DNA of 64,000 nucleotides from an uncultured Gammaproteobacteria bacterium. Its GTDB lineage: Bacteria; Patescibacteriota; Microgenomatia; UBA8517. The notes under the pieces are model-generated. The model was not told where the DNA came from. It was given only the letters and a program-made list of their open reading frames with translations, and did no database searches. Where the stretch lies: positions 7,255 through 71,254 of the forward strand of contig CAZAXL010000005.1 of assembly GCA_964489145.1 (NCBI GenBank), read 5' to 3'. The stretch's first letter is position 1; every line of letters starts with the position of its first letter. The position numbers were made by a program, and so were the translations under genes. Below are positions 36,244 to 46,668 of this stretch, in pieces.

Positions 36244-36942
36244 ATGTCTAAAATAAATATTTCACTTGAAGATTTGATGGATGCGGGGGCCCATTTCGGG
36301 CACCAAACCAAGCGCTGGAATCCCAAAATGGAGGAGTATCTTTATGGACAAGAGGAAGGTGTCCACATCTTTGATCTGACAAAAACTAAACCCCTAATTG
36401 AAGAAGCTTTGGAGTTTTTGGCAAAGTCTGCCAAAGAAGGAAAGAAAATATTAATTCTTGGAACTAAAAAACAAATTAAAGATAAAGTGGCAGAAGTTGC
36501 AGAAAAAGTCGGAGTTCCTTATGTTAATGAAAGATGGCTTGGTGGAACAGTTTCCAACTTTGGTCAAATGAAAAGATCCATCGATAAGATGGAAGAGATG
36601 AAAGAAAATCTCGCGACCGGTTTCTACAACAAATACACCAAAAAAGAAAGACTTCTTATTGACCGTGAAATCATACGACTTGAAAAATTTTTCGGCGGCA
36701 TAAAATCCTTGACTGGTGTTCCCGATGTTCTTTTTGTGATTGATACTAAGAGAGAATCAGCCGCAGTCCGTGAGGCAGCTGAAAGAAAAATTCCTGTAGT
36801 GGGAATAGTAGACAGCAATGCAGATCCGGACCTTATTGATTATCCGATTCCAATGAATGACGACGCCAGCAAAGCCCTGACATATATTTTGGATTTGGTG
36901 GGACGGGCTATCGGACAAGAAAAAACGCAGACCGAAAAGTAA
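36244..36942 (+). CDS. rpsB: 30S ribosomal protein S2
   Basis: AGAHFGHQTKRWNPKM, RWLGG, IPMNDD. Confidence 0.98.
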   Translation: MSKINISLEDLMDAGAHFGHQTKRWNPKMEEYLYGQEEGVHIFDLTKTKPLIEEALEFLAKSAKEGKKILILGTKKQIKDKVAEVAEKVGVPYVNERWLGGTVSNFGQMKRSIDKMEEMKENLATGFYNKYTKKERLLIDREIIRLEKFFGGIKSLTGVPDVLFVIDTKRESAAVREAAERKIPVVGIVDSNADPDLIDYPIPMNDDASKALTYILDLVGRAIGQEKTQTEK

Positions 36943-36944
36943 AA

Positions 36945-37397
36945 ATGGCCAAAATAGACATTGAACTTATTAAAAAACTCAGAGAAGAAACAGGAGTTGC
37001 CATAATTCGCATCCGTGAAGTTTTGGAAGAGGTTGGCGGGGATAAAAAAAAGGCACTAGAGGTTCTTAAAAAAGAAGGGTTTGAAAAAGCTTCGAAGCGT
37101 GAGGGAAGAAGCACTTCCGAGGGAAAGGTTTTTGTTTACACACACCACACAGGAAAAGTTGTTGGTATAGTGGAACTTCTTTGCGAAACTGATTTTGTCG
37201 CCCGAAATGAGCTTTTTGAAGCATTAGGAAAAGACCTTGCTATGCAGGTTGCCTCAATGGGAGAAGCTGATTTGGAAAAACAGGATTTTGTAAAAGACTC
37301 CGGCAAAAAAGTTTCGGATTTAATTAAGGAACTTATTGCCAGGACAGGGGAAAACGTTCGCTTGGGCCGGGTTTTTCGTGTAGAATTAGGAAAGTAG
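36945..37397 (+). CDS. tsf: Elongation factor Ts, short form
   Basis: IKKLREETG, ELLCETDFVARN, GENV. Confidence 0.95.
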   Translation: MAKIDIELIKKLREETGVAIIRIREVLEEVGGDKKKALEVLKKEGFEKASKREGRSTSEGKVFVYTHHTGKVVGIVELLCETDFVARNELFEALGKDLAMQVASMGEADLEKQDFVKDSGKKVSDLIKELIARTGENVRLGRVFRVELGK

Positions 37398-37411
37398 TAC
37401 AATTCCACAAA

Positions 37412-37966
37412 ATGGAGGAATCTTCGATACGTTCTAAAATGCAGTCAACTCTAGACGTTGTTGCTTCTGATATTTCAGGGATAAGAACCGGTAGGGCATC
37501 TTCGGCGCTTGTAGAAAATATTGTTTGCCCTGCATATGGCGGAACACAAAGATTAAAAGTTATGGAACTTGCCTCGATTTCTACTCCGGATCCTACTCAG
37601 ATAATTATTAACCCTTGGGATAAATCCATAATCGGAGACATTAAAAAGGGAATAGCCGAGGCCGGTATTGGTCTTAATCCCTCTATCGATAGCGAGGTAA
37701 TAAGAATTATTATTGCTCCAATGACCACGGAAGACAGAGAAAAGTATGTCAAACTTCTCTCCGGAAAACTTGAAAATGGCAAAGTTGCAATACGTCAAGT
37801 AAGGGGAGACGAGATGCATGAAATTAAAAATAAATTTGAGGCAAAAGAAATTACGGAAGATGATAAATTTTTGTTTGAGAAAAAACTTCAGGAAATTACC
37901 GATGAATTTGTCAGTAAGATTGAGGAGATGGGTGGGAAGAAAAAAGCCGAACTTCTTCAGATATAA
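37412..37966 (+). CDS. frr: Ribosome recycling factor
   Basis: IRTGRAS, AYGG, GLNP, VAIRQVR, ITEDD. Confidence 0.96.
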   Translation: MEESSIRSKMQSTLDVVASDISGIRTGRASSALVENIVCPAYGGTQRLKVMELASISTPDPTQIIINPWDKSIIGDIKKGIAEAGIGLNPSIDSEVIRIIIAPMTTEDREKYVKLLSGKLENGKVAIRQVRGDEMHEIKNKFEAKEITEDDKFLFEKKLQEITDEFVSKIEEMGGKKKAELLQI

Positions 37967-38030
37967 CATTTTTCCCATGCCCATGATCTTCTTGCTTCTG
38001 TGTGATACCTAATACATAATACATCCATAT

Positions 38031-39143
38031 ATGTTGGTCTCTATTTTTGTTTTTATACTTGTGCTTTCGGTGTTAATTATATCCCATGAATTCGGACACT
38101 TTATTGTTGCCAGAAAGTCAGGAATAAAAGTTGAAGAATTTGGCTTCGGACTTCCTCCAAGACTTTTCGGCAAGAAGATAGGTGAAACTGTCTACTCGAT
38201 TAATGCCCTTCCTTTTGGTGGTTTTGTAAGGCTTCACGGTGAACAGGAGGAGGATGGGGAAACAAATACTAAACGTTCATTTTTGCATAAAAGCAAAAAA
38301 GTAAGAGCCATGGTTGTAATTGCCGGAGTTGTTATGAACTTTCTTTTGGCAATTATAGTTTTTGCAATTGTTTACTCATTCTCCGGAATACCCCGAGACG
38401 GAGGAAAAGTAAAAGTAATTGACGTAGCATCGGGGTCTCCCGCGGCAAATGCCGGAGTTGTAGTTGGTGATATTATTACTAAAGTTGGCGGTGAAACAAT
38501 CGTTCTGTCGGACGAGTTTATTGCAAAAACAGCCACTTATAAGGGTAAAAGGGTAACCTATGAGGTACAGAGGGATACAAACGGTCAGACAAAAACCCTG
38601 ACAGTTAGCCTTATTCCCAGAGAGAATCCACCCTCCGGCGAAGGATCGGTTGGGGTGACGATTACAACAATGGAAATTTATTATCCGCCTGTGCTGCTCA
38701 GGCCTTTTTATGGAATTTATTACGGATTTAAGGACGGCATTTTTTGGGGTAAAACCATTGCGACGGGGCTGTGGGGTCTGGTATCCGGCGTTTTTGAAGG
38801 AAAGACCCCCCAAGGGGTTTCAGGGCCGATCGGGATTTATGCGGTGACCACAGAGGCCTCAAAAGGCGGTTTTCTGACTCTTCTCAATTTTGTCGGTATT
38901 CTTTCCGTCAACTTGGCGATTTTGAATGTTATACCTTTCCCGGCGCTTGATGGAGGAAGACTCTTGTTCATAGGAATTGAGACGGTTACCAGAAAAAAAG
39001 TTTCCAGAAAAGTTGAAGCAACAATTAACAACATAGGCTTTCTCCTGCTTTTGACTCTTCTTCTGGTAATTACAGTCGGGGATGTGCGAAGACTCGTGAC
39101 AAACGGTGGAATTGACGGATTCATTAACTCGTTGGGAAAATGA
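38031..39143 (+). CDS. rseP: RIP metalloprotease RseP (M50 + PDZ)
   Basis: HEFGH, PFGGFV, PDZ SPAANAG, NVIPFPALDGG. Confidence 0.93.
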   Translation: MLVSIFVFILVLSVLIISHEFGHFIVARKSGIKVEEFGFGLPPRLFGKKIGETVYSINALPFGGFVRLHGEQEEDGETNTKRSFLHKSKKVRAMVVIAGVVMNFLLAIIVFAIVYSFSGIPRDGGKVKVIDVASGSPAANAGVVVGDIITKVGGETIVLSDEFIAKTATYKGKRVTYEVQRDTNGQTKTLTVSLIPRENPPSGEGSVGVTITTMEIYYPPVLLRPFYGIYYGFKDGIFWGKTIATGLWGLVSGVFEGKTPQGVSGPIGIYAVTTEASKGGFLTLLNFVGILSVNLAILNVIPFPALDGGRLLFIGIETVTRKKVSRKVEATINNIGFLLLLTLLLVITVGDVRRLVTNGGIDGFINSLGK

Positions 39144-39156
39144 TACAATAGGCTCG

Positions 39157-40386
39157 ATGAAACAATCACAACTTTTTCCAAAAACAAGAAAAGAAGCCCC
39201 GAAAGACGCACAAAGTTTAAACCACAAACTTCTGGTTCGCGCGGGATTTATTGACCAGTTGATGTCCGGAAGTTGGACTCTTCTTCCACTTGGGCTTAGG
39301 GTTGTTACAAAAATAAATCAGATTATCAGAGAAGAGATTAATGCGGTTGGTGGTCAGGAAATGCTCATGCCTCTTCTTCATCCGAAAGAAATTTGGAGTG
39401 AAACAGGAAGGTGGGATAAAGCTGACGAGATAATGTATAAATTATCCGATACCAGGAAAAAAGAATATGTTTTGTCTTTCACACATGAGGAAATAGTAAT
39501 GGATTTGCTTCGCAAAAATATCAAAAGCTATCAGGATCTGCCGGTCGCCATCTATCAGCTCTCAACCAAATTTAGAAATGAGGCAAGAGCCAAAAGCGGA
39601 ATATTAAGAGGGAGAGAATTTATGATGAAAGACCTTTATTCTGCACATGCAAATGAAGAAGACATGATGAATTATTACGAGAAGGTAAAAGGAGCTTATG
39701 TAAAAATTTTCAAAAGACTAGGATTTGATTTTAAAGTCGCTGAGGCCTCAGGAGGGGTTTTTACCGAAAGACACACCCACGAATTTCAGGTAATCGGCGC
39801 AAATGGCGAAGACACAATCTTTACTTGTAATAAGTGTGATTATTCCGTAAATAAGGAAATATTCGAGGGAAACGAGGGAGAAAAATGTCCAAAATGTAAA
39901 GAGGGAAAAATTGAAAAAATTGAAGGAACAGTGGAGGTTGGAAACATTTTCCCTCTGGGAACTTGGTATGCAGAACGGATGCATGTTTATTACACAGACG
40001 AAAAAGGACTTAAAAAACCAATTTGGTTTGCCAGTTATGGAATCGGACCCACACGTGTTATGGGAACCTTAGTAGAAGTGTCACACGATGACAAAGGAAT
40101 TATTTGGTATCCGCAAATCGCCCCATTTGACATTCACTTAGTGGAACTTCCGGGAGGAAATGGAAAAAAGATATACGAAAAATTGAAAGAAAACAATATC
40201 GATGTTTTGTGGGACGATCGGGATGTTGCCCCGGGAGAAAAGTTTGCAGACGCGGACCTTATCGGAATTCCTGTTCGCTTAGTTGTATCGGCACGTAATG
40301 GAGATAAGATTGAGTGGAAGGAAAGAAAAACAGACGCATCCGAACTTTTGGGTTTTGATGAGGTCATTAAACGACTTAAAAAATAA
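39157..40386 (+). CDS. proS: Proline--tRNA ligase, no INS editing domain
   Basis: THEE, KFRNEARAKSGILRGREFMMKD, EVGNIF, SYGIG, ADADLIGIP. Confidence 0.96.
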   Translation: MKQSQLFPKTRKEAPKDAQSLNHKLLVRAGFIDQLMSGSWTLLPLGLRVVTKINQIIREEINAVGGQEMLMPLLHPKEIWSETGRWDKADEIMYKLSDTRKKEYVLSFTHEEIVMDLLRKNIKSYQDLPVAIYQLSTKFRNEARAKSGILRGREFMMKDLYSAHANEEDMMNYYEKVKGAYVKIFKRLGFDFKVAEASGGVFTERHTHEFQVIGANGEDTIFTCNKCDYSVNKEIFEGNEGEKCPKCKEGKIEKIEGTVEVGNIFPLGTWYAERMHVYYTDEKGLKKPIWFASYGIGPTRVMGTLVEVSHDDKGIIWYPQIAPFDIHLVELPGGNGKKIYEKLKENNIDVLWDDRDVAPGEKFADADLIGIPVRLVVSARNGDKIEWKERKTDASELLGFDEVIKRLKK

Positions 40387-40707
40387 ATGGAAGATTGTGT
40401 TTTTTGTAAAATTGTAAAAAAAGAACTTCCGTCCGATAAAATTAAAGAAACAGATAATTTAATCGCGATTAACGATATAAATCCACAGGCAGATACACAT
40501 ATCTTAATTATTCCCAAAAGGCACATTAAGGATGTAAGTGAATTAGACGATTCACTTTGGACGGAAATCAAAAAATTGGGGTTGGAACTGATGAGAGAAA
40601 AGGGTATAACTAACTTTAGGATGACGACGAATGCGGGGAACGCGGCTGATGTGCACCACATGCATATGCATCTGTTGGGTGAGATCTCGAGTGATCAGAA
40701 AATATGA
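40387..40707 (+). CDS. HIT-family hydrolase
   Basis: DCVFCKI, DINPQA..HILIIPK.H, HHMHMH. Confidence 0.93.
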   Translation: MEDCVFCKIVKKELPSDKIKETDNLIAINDINPQADTHILIIPKRHIKDVSELDDSLWTEIKKLGLELMREKGITNFRMTTNAGNAADVHHMHMHLLGEISSDQKI

Positions 40708-41141
40708 TTGCACAAACCTTACAACAAAGAATTGGTGAGTCGATGAAAGCCCACGATGAAGTAAGAACTTCTACTTTGAGGCTTCTTCTTTCCGCCTTTA
40801 ATTACGAAAAGATTGAGAAACAGCATGAACTGACGGATGAGGAAGAACTTGCAGTTATAAAGCGTGAAGCAAAAAAAAGAAAAGAAGCGGTTGAGATGTA
40901 TAAAAATGTGGGATCTTCCGACCGTGCCCAAAAAGAAGAAGATGAGCTAAAAATCCTTCAGGAATATTTACCTCCGGAAATGGGTGATGAAGAACTTGCA
41001 AAATTGGTTGATGAGGCGGTTGCCGAAATCAAACCTGCAGGAATGGGTGATATGGGGAAAGTAATCGGATTCGTCAAAGGTAAAGCACCAAACGCTGACG
41101 GGGGAAAAATTGCCCAACTGGTAAAAGGAAAACTTGGTTAA
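40704..41141 (+). CDS. GatB/YqeY domain protein
   Basis: MKA.D..R..TLR, E..IL.EYLP, DMGKV. Confidence 0.92.
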   Translation: MIAQTLQQRIGESMKAHDEVRTSTLRLLLSAFNYEKIEKQHELTDEEELAVIKREAKKRKEAVEMYKNVGSSDRAQKEEDELKILQEYLPPEMGDEELAKLVDEAVAEIKPAGMGDMGKVIGFVKGKAPNADGGKIAQLVKGKLG

Positions 41142-41159
41142 GGCGGAGCTTCGTATATC

Positions 41160-41549
41160 ATGATAAAAGTTTTAATTACTAAACAATCTAATTATCCGGT
41201 TAAGTCATTGGTCATCAAAAAAAAGCTGGCGGAATTTTTTACAAAAAAAGGAATTGTTTCCGATGCTGAAGTTTCTGTAGCGATAGTTGGAGAAAAAAGA
41301 ATGCTTGAGATAGGGAAAAAGTTTTTGAATGATAAAAAACTTCACAATGTTTTATCGTTTGTAACCGAGGAAACAAAGGGAGGATTTGTCTATCCGCCGA
41401 ACGGAAAAATTCATTTGGGTGAGATTATTGTCTGCTACCCGCTGGCAGTTAAAGAGGCGATTGAGGAAAATATACTGATTGATCAAAGAGTCTATGAACT
41501 GATAGAACATGGGGCAATGCATTTAATGGGAATTCATCACAAAGAATGA
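41160..41549 (+). CDS. ybeY: rRNA maturation endoribonuclease YbeY
   Basis: NVLSF, LGEIIVC, HGAMHLMGIHH. Confidence 0.9.
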   Translation: MIKVLITKQSNYPVKSLVIKKKLAEFFTKKGIVSDAEVSVAIVGEKRMLEIGKKFLNDKKLHNVLSFVTEETKGGFVYPPNGKIHLGEIIVCYPLAVKEAIEENILIDQRVYELIEHGAMHLMGIHHKE

Positions 41550-43048
41550 CACTTTATTTAAAATACCGCCCAAAAAATTTAGATGAACTGGATGAAACTT
41601 CTGTTAGCGAATCTCTTAAAAAAATAGTTTCCAAAAAATCCATTCCCCACGCATTTTTGTTTGCAGGACCAAAGGGTACAGGTAAAACTTCGGCTGCAAG
41701 AATTCTTGCCAAAATAATTAACTGCCAGGACTTAAAGGGGTATGACCCTTGTGGTAAATGCGAGCAATGCACCTCAATTGTCAAAGGAAGCAACCTTGAT
41801 GTTGTGGAAATGGACGCTGCATCCCATCGTGGAATTGATGATGTCCGGGTCCTGCGGGACGCGGTCAAGCTTACTCCGGTATCCGGTAAAAAGAAAATTT
41901 ATATTATTGATGAGGTGCACATGCTGACTGCCGAAGCAAGCAATGCTCTTTTAAAAACCCTAGAAGAACCTCCCGAACATGTGGTTTTTATTTTAGCGAC
42001 AACTAACCCGGAAAAATTAATTGGAACAATCCGTTCCAGAACCACATTAATTCCTTTTCGAAAGGCGAGTATTCCCGAAATAATAAGATCTCTTAAAAGA
42101 GTGGTTGATGGGGAGAAAATAAAAATTGAGGAATCGGCACTAAAACTTATTGCTGAAGCTTCAGACGGATCATTCAGGGACGCAATTAAGATGTTGGAAC
42201 AGTTAACGGCAGAAGAAAAAGAACTTACCGAGGAATCTCTTGAAGAGTTTCTCTTTAAAAATAAATCTTTTGATTTGGATAATTTTACAAAACTCCTTAC
42301 AGCAAAAGATTTGAAGAAACTTCTTTCGGAGGTCGAGGAACTGGGCACAAAAGGAGTAACGATAGAAATCTTTTTGGAATCTTTAATAAAAAAATTAAGA
42401 AGCAGCCTTTTATCCAAAGTCGGCGTCGGAAATGACAACTTGGAAAATTTATCAAAGGCCGAGCTCATTACCCTCATCGATCTTCTAACCGGGGCTTTTC
42501 GGGAAATTGGATCAAGTCCTGTTGAAGAACTGCCTTTGGAGCTGGCACTTATTTCCTGGTGTGGCGAAGAAGAAAAAGATGATAATGAAGGCGAAAAAGG
42601 TGAATCCAAAGAGACCCCTAAGGCAGAGGAGATTAAAGAAGAAAAAGATGACAAGGTCGGATCTGAAACTGAATTTCAGGAAAGTCTGCCGGGTGAAATG
42701 TTGGAAATTCGAGACGATGTGTGGAAGAATATTTTAGTTCTCGTTAAACCGGTTAATGCCACAATGGAAGCCCTTCTTCGTGCCGCTAAGCCAATTTCTT
42801 ACAACGGAAAAATTCTCACCCTGGGCGTTTATTATAAATTTCACAAAGAGAGGATCGAGGAAGCACGTCACAGAAAAACTCTGGAGGAAATTGTCGCAAA
42901 AGTGCTGCAATCACCGACAAAAGTAAATTGTGTACTGGTCGAGCCGCCACCCAAGAAAATTGTTGAAGAGACAAAAATAGAAACCATTTTAACCGAAGGA
43001 AAAGACAAGGATATTGTTGAAATTGCCGAAAAAATATTCAGCAATTAG
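41546..43048 (+). CDS. dnaX: DNA polymerase III subunit gamma/tau
   Basis: LYLKYRP, GPKGTGKTS, EMDAAS, IIDEVHML, NALLKTLEEPP. Confidence 0.97.
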   Translation: MTLYLKYRPKNLDELDETSVSESLKKIVSKKSIPHAFLFAGPKGTGKTSAARILAKIINCQDLKGYDPCGKCEQCTSIVKGSNLDVVEMDAASHRGIDDVRVLRDAVKLTPVSGKKKIYIIDEVHMLTAEASNALLKTLEEPPEHVVFILATTNPEKLIGTIRSRTTLIPFRKASIPEIIRSLKRVVDGEKIKIEESALKLIAEASDGSFRDAIKMLEQLTAEEKELTEESLEEFLFKNKSFDLDNFTKLLTAKDLKKLLSEVEELGTKGVTIEIFLESLIKKLRSSLLSKVGVGNDNLENLSKAELITLIDLLTGAFREIGSSPVEELPLELALISWCGEEEKDDNEGEKGESKETPKAEEIKEEKDDKVGSETEFQESLPGEMLEIRDDVWKNILVLVKPVNATMEALLRAAKPISYNGKILTLGVYYKFHKERIEEARHRKTLEEIVAKVLQSPTKVNCVLVEPPPKKIVEETKIETILTEGKDKDIVEIAEKIFSN

Positions 43049-43106
43049 TAGCCAACTTTAAATTTAAAATTGTAATTTGTAATTTTACGAAGTAAAATCG
43101 GTATAT

Positions 43107-43382
43107 ATGTTTGACAAAGTTAGGAACCTGGCAAATATGCAGCGTCAGGCAAAAGAGCTGCAGAAAGAACTTGAGAAAATTATCCAAACCGAGGAAAAAC
43201 ACGGTTGGACTGTTTCTGTGACGGGGGATCAAAAACTTCGCTACATCAAAAATGGTGATGAAGATATGAAAGAGTTGACAGAACTTATAAATGAAGCAAT
43301 GAAGAAAGTTCAAAAAGAATCAGCAAGGAAAATGATGGAAATGGGAGGTGGTTTGGGCGGGCTTCTGGGTGGACTAAAGTAA
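43107..43382 (+). CDS. ebfC: YbaB/EbfC nucleoid-associated protein
   Basis: Located between dnaX and recR; QAKELQ...VSVTGD...INEAMKK. Confidence 0.85.
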   Translation: MFDKVRNLANMQRQAKELQKELEKIIQTEEKHGWTVSVTGDQKLRYIKNGDEDMKELTELINEAMKKVQKESARKMMEMGGGLGGLLGGLK

Positions 43383-43399
43383 TCTGCTAGAATAACATT

Positions 43400-44008
43400 A
43401 TGAAAATAGCGCGCCCGATTGGAGCACTTATTGAATCTTTTCAAAAACTTCCCGGAATTGGACCAAAATCGGCCCAGAGGCTAACTTATTATCTTCTCCA
43501 TGTTCCCCAGCGAGAACTTGACGATTTCTCGGAAAGTATTTCAAGACTTAAAAAAGATACGGTCCTTTGCTCGGTTTGTAAAAATGTGAATGAGACCGAT
43601 CCCTGTTCAATTTGTTCAGATAACAGCCGCGATCACTCGGTGGTGATGATTGTTGAAGAACCCCTGGATGTTCTGGCTTTTGAAAGAATGGGTAGATTCA
43701 AGGGAGTTTACCATGTCTTGCATGGTGCTATTAATCCGTTGGAAAATATTGGTCCCGATGAAATTTATATACAGGATCTTTTAAATAGGGTAAAAGACAA
43801 TAAAGATGGCATAAAGGAGGCTATAATTGCCACAAACCCAACAATGGAGGGTGAAGCAACAAGCATGTTTCTGATGAAGCAGTTAAAAATTAATAATTCA
43901 GAGGTAAAAATTACAAGATTGGGAATGGGGATCCCAACCGGTGCCGATCTGGAGTATGCCGATGAAGTAACTTTGGCCCGCGCGCTTGAGGGAAGGAGGG
44001 AATTGTGA
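43400..44008 (+). CDS. recR: Recombination protein RecR
   Basis: LPGIGPKSAQR, C4 zinc finger, YHVLHG, ATNPTMEGEAT. Confidence 0.97.
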   Translation: MKIARPIGALIESFQKLPGIGPKSAQRLTYYLLHVPQRELDDFSESISRLKKDTVLCSVCKNVNETDPCSICSDNSRDHSVVMIVEEPLDVLAFERMGRFKGVYHVLHGAINPLENIGPDEIYIQDLLNRVKDNKDGIKEAIIATNPTMEGEATSMFLMKQLKINNSEVKITRLGMGIPTGADLEYADEVTLARALEGRREL

Positions 44009-44012
44009 TCAT

Positions 44013-44549
44013 ATGGGTACTGCCAAAAACACACAACAACTTGCCCAGGATCTGGCAAAGCAAATTGCACAGGAGCCACTGGAAATATTAAGGGAAGCGG
44101 GAAAACAGGTTGCCGGTGGTGAGCAGGATACAAAAAGCCAAGATATTATACAACCTCCGGATATCCAGAGTTCTGAAAGCCGGCCCAAAACCACCCATTA
44201 TCAAAACGAACTTCAGGATAAAGCCAAATCAAGCCGTAGAATAGAGGCTCTTAATCAAGAGATTGCAGACATTCGTAAACAGGATTTATTCAACGATCTT
44301 CAAAGTAGAATTACAGAAGGGGAAGATATTCCACTGGAAAATTATACGGAGCTTTCTATGGAGCAAAGACAGGTTTTGAAAGCTCAAGAAGAGGCTGTCA
44401 AAAACCGGATCGACAAGGAACAAAATACGGGATTGAACGAAGTTCCTGCTATTCACTCAAAACCAAGCCGCCGGTTTGGTGCCTGGCAAAGACATGAAGC
44501 GGAAAAACAGCAAACCAGAGTCGAAAAGCCAATACCTCCATCGGGATAA
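44013..44549 (+). CDS. Hypothetical hydrophilic, coiled-coil-like protein
   Basis: Long Q/E/K-rich ORF directly after recR. Confidence 0.7.
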   Translation: MGTAKNTQQLAQDLAKQIAQEPLEILREAGKQVAGGEQDTKSQDIIQPPDIQSSESRPKTTHYQNELQDKAKSSRRIEALNQEIADIRKQDLFNDLQSRITEGEDIPLENYTELSMEQRQVLKAQEEAVKNRIDKEQNTGLNEVPAIHSKPSRRFGAWQRHEAEKQQTRVEKPIPPSG

Positions 44550-44587
44550 CAATTAACAATTATCGATTAACAATGTAAAATGATCTC

Positions 44588-45997
44588 ATGGCAGATATTT
44601 TTTTAACCAATACACTAACTCACAAAAAAGAAAAATTTACACTAATCAATCCTCCCAAGGTTGGAATGTATACCTGCGGCATGACAGTTTACGACTACGC
44701 TCACATCGGGCATGGCAGAAAATATGTTACGGACGACATTCTTAAAAGAGTGCTTACTGTAAATGGTTATGAAGTTGAACATGTTCAAAATGTTACCGAT
44801 GTCGGACATTTGGTGTCCGATGCGGATGAAGGGGAAGATAAACTGGAAAAGGGAGCAGCTAAACAGGGTAAAACAGTTTGGGAAGTTGCAGAATTCTTTA
44901 CTAATAATTTCTATGAATCGATGGATAAACTGAACATAGAAAGACCCAATGTTATTTGTAAGGCTACAGACCACATCAAGGAGCAAATTGAACTGGTACA
45001 AAAATTAATGGATAAAGGGTTTGCTTATGATACCCCTGAAGCGGTTTATTTTGATATTTCAAAATTTCCTAAATACGGTGGGGCTTTCGGACAAAAACTT
45101 GAAGATAAAAAAGTTGCGGTAAGAGGCGAAGTCCAAACAGGGGAACACAAGAAAAACCCCGCTGATTTTGCCCTTTGGTTTAAAAGAATGGGCAGATTTC
45201 AAAATCACACCATGCATTGGGATTCACCCTGGGGGGATGGGTTTCCCGGCTGGCATATAGAATGTTCCGCGATGAGCATGAAATATTTGGGAGAACAGAT
45301 TGACATTCACACCGGCGGGGAAGATCACATAAGCATTCATCATCCCAATGAAATTGCCCAGAGTGAAGCATCAACGGGCAAAACTCCCTTTGTAAAATAC
45401 TGGCTGCATACGGCATTTTTGATGGTTGATGGACGCAAGATGAGTAAGAGCTTGAATAATTTTTACACAGTGGAGGATGTAGAGAAAAAGGGATTTGACC
45501 CGCTGGCCCTCAGATATCTTTATTTAGGAGCGCACTATCGCGACCCCCTGAATTTTACTTGGGATTCACTGGAAGCTTCTCAGACGGCACTTTCAAAACT
45601 TAAATCTCAAATTTCCCAGCTTCACCAAAGTTCCGCCGGGGAGTCAAATCGAACTGTTTTGTCAGAGGACAAGGAAATGAAAATTGAGGAATACAGAAAC
45701 GAATTTTCAGAGGCAATCAATGACGATTTAAATACTGCCAGGGGATTGGCGGTACTATGGTCAATGCTTGGCAGTAACATTCCGTCCGGAGATAAATACG
45801 ATTTAGCCATGAGTTTTGATGAAATATTGGGACTGAAATTGAATGAAACAAAAAGTATCGAAATCCCGGAAAATATCTCCTCTCTGATGGAGGAAAGAGA
45901 CAGACTTCGAAGCGAAGGAAAATTTGAAGAGGCAGATAAGATACGTGACCGAATAAAAGATGCCGGCTTTGATGTAAATGATAAATCGTTAAAATAA
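44588..45997 (+). CDS. cysS: Cysteine--tRNA ligase
   Basis: [39 protein letters not shown]. Confidence 0.98.
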   Translation: MADIFLTNTLTHKKEKFTLINPPKVGMYTCGMTVYDYAHIGHGRKYVTDDILKRVLTVNGYEVEHVQNVTDVGHLVSDADEGEDKLEKGAAKQGKTVWEVAEFFTNNFYESMDKLNIERPNVICKATDHIKEQIELVQKLMDKGFAYDTPEAVYFDISKFPKYGGAFGQKLEDKKVAVRGEVQTGEHKKNPADFALWFKRMGRFQNHTMHWDSPWGDGFPGWHIECSAMSMKYLGEQIDIHTGGEDHISIHHPNEIAQSEASTGKTPFVKYWLHTAFLMVDGRKMSKSLNNFYTVEDVEKKGFDPLALRYLYLGAHYRDPLNFTWDSLEASQTALSKLKSQISQLHQSSAGESNRTVLSEDKEMKIEEYRNEFSEAINDDLNTARGLAVLWSMLGSNIPSGDKYDLAMSFDEILGLKLNETKSIEIPENISSLMEERDRLRSEGKFEEADKIRDRIKDAGFDVNDKSLK

Positions 45998-45998
45998 A

Positions 45999-46646
45999 AT
46001 GAAACTTTCTGCCGTAATTTTTGATATGGACGGGACAATTTTAGAAGATGAGGACGAATACGGAAAAGCATTTAACAAAGTTCTTAAAAACTTAAATGTT
46101 GATTCAAAGACGGACGCTCCTCAGGAAAAGGGAATTGGAGTTAAAGAAAACTGGGATCTCCTTATTAAAAAATATTCCATAAATACGGATAAAACTCCTG
46201 AATCCCTAGCCAAAGAAACTCAGAATGCATACCTGGCTAGTATTAGCGAGGTAACGGTAAGAGCAGGGTTTGATGATTTTCTTGAAAAATTAAAAGACAG
46301 CGGAGTACGGGTTGCGCTTGCCACCTCAAACATTTGGGAACAGACAGATAAGATATTAGATACGGTCAACTTACAGGATGCCTTTGATGTCATAACGACA
46401 TCTGATGAAGTTCTTTACAACAAACCCGATCCTGATATTTTTACTGTAACGGCCGATAAGCTTGGTATTGAAAAGCATGAATGTTTGGTTATAGAGGATT
46501 CACCTTCAGGAGTCGAGGCGGCAAGGCGTGCCGGAATGAAAGTTGTTGCCATTTTTTCCGGCGGGGATTTACAAGCTCTTTCAAAAGCAGATTTGGTGGT
46601 TGAAGGATTTTCCGAAATTACAGCCCAAGCGATAGACCAGTTGTGA
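45999..46646 (+). CDS. HAD-superfamily hydrolase (beta-PGM-like)
   Basis: FDMDGT, ATS, KPDPDIF, IEDSPSG. Confidence 0.92.
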   Translation: MKLSAVIFDMDGTILEDEDEYGKAFNKVLKNLNVDSKTDAPQEKGIGVKENWDLLIKKYSINTDKTPESLAKETQNAYLASISEVTVRAGFDDFLEKLKDSGVRVALATSNIWEQTDKILDTVNLQDAFDVITTSDEVLYNKPDPDIFTVTADKLGIEKHECLVIEDSPSGVEAARRAGMKVVAIFSGGDLQALSKADLVVEGFSEITAQAIDQL

Positions 46647-46668
46647 GATAATGAATTAATATTAAGTT

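Noticed and set aside
41899-42654. 251-aa antisense ORF and other long antisense ORFs in the track
   Set aside because: These are shadow frames of well-supported genes (dnaX, nusG, rplL, EamA and others) with no independent signals.
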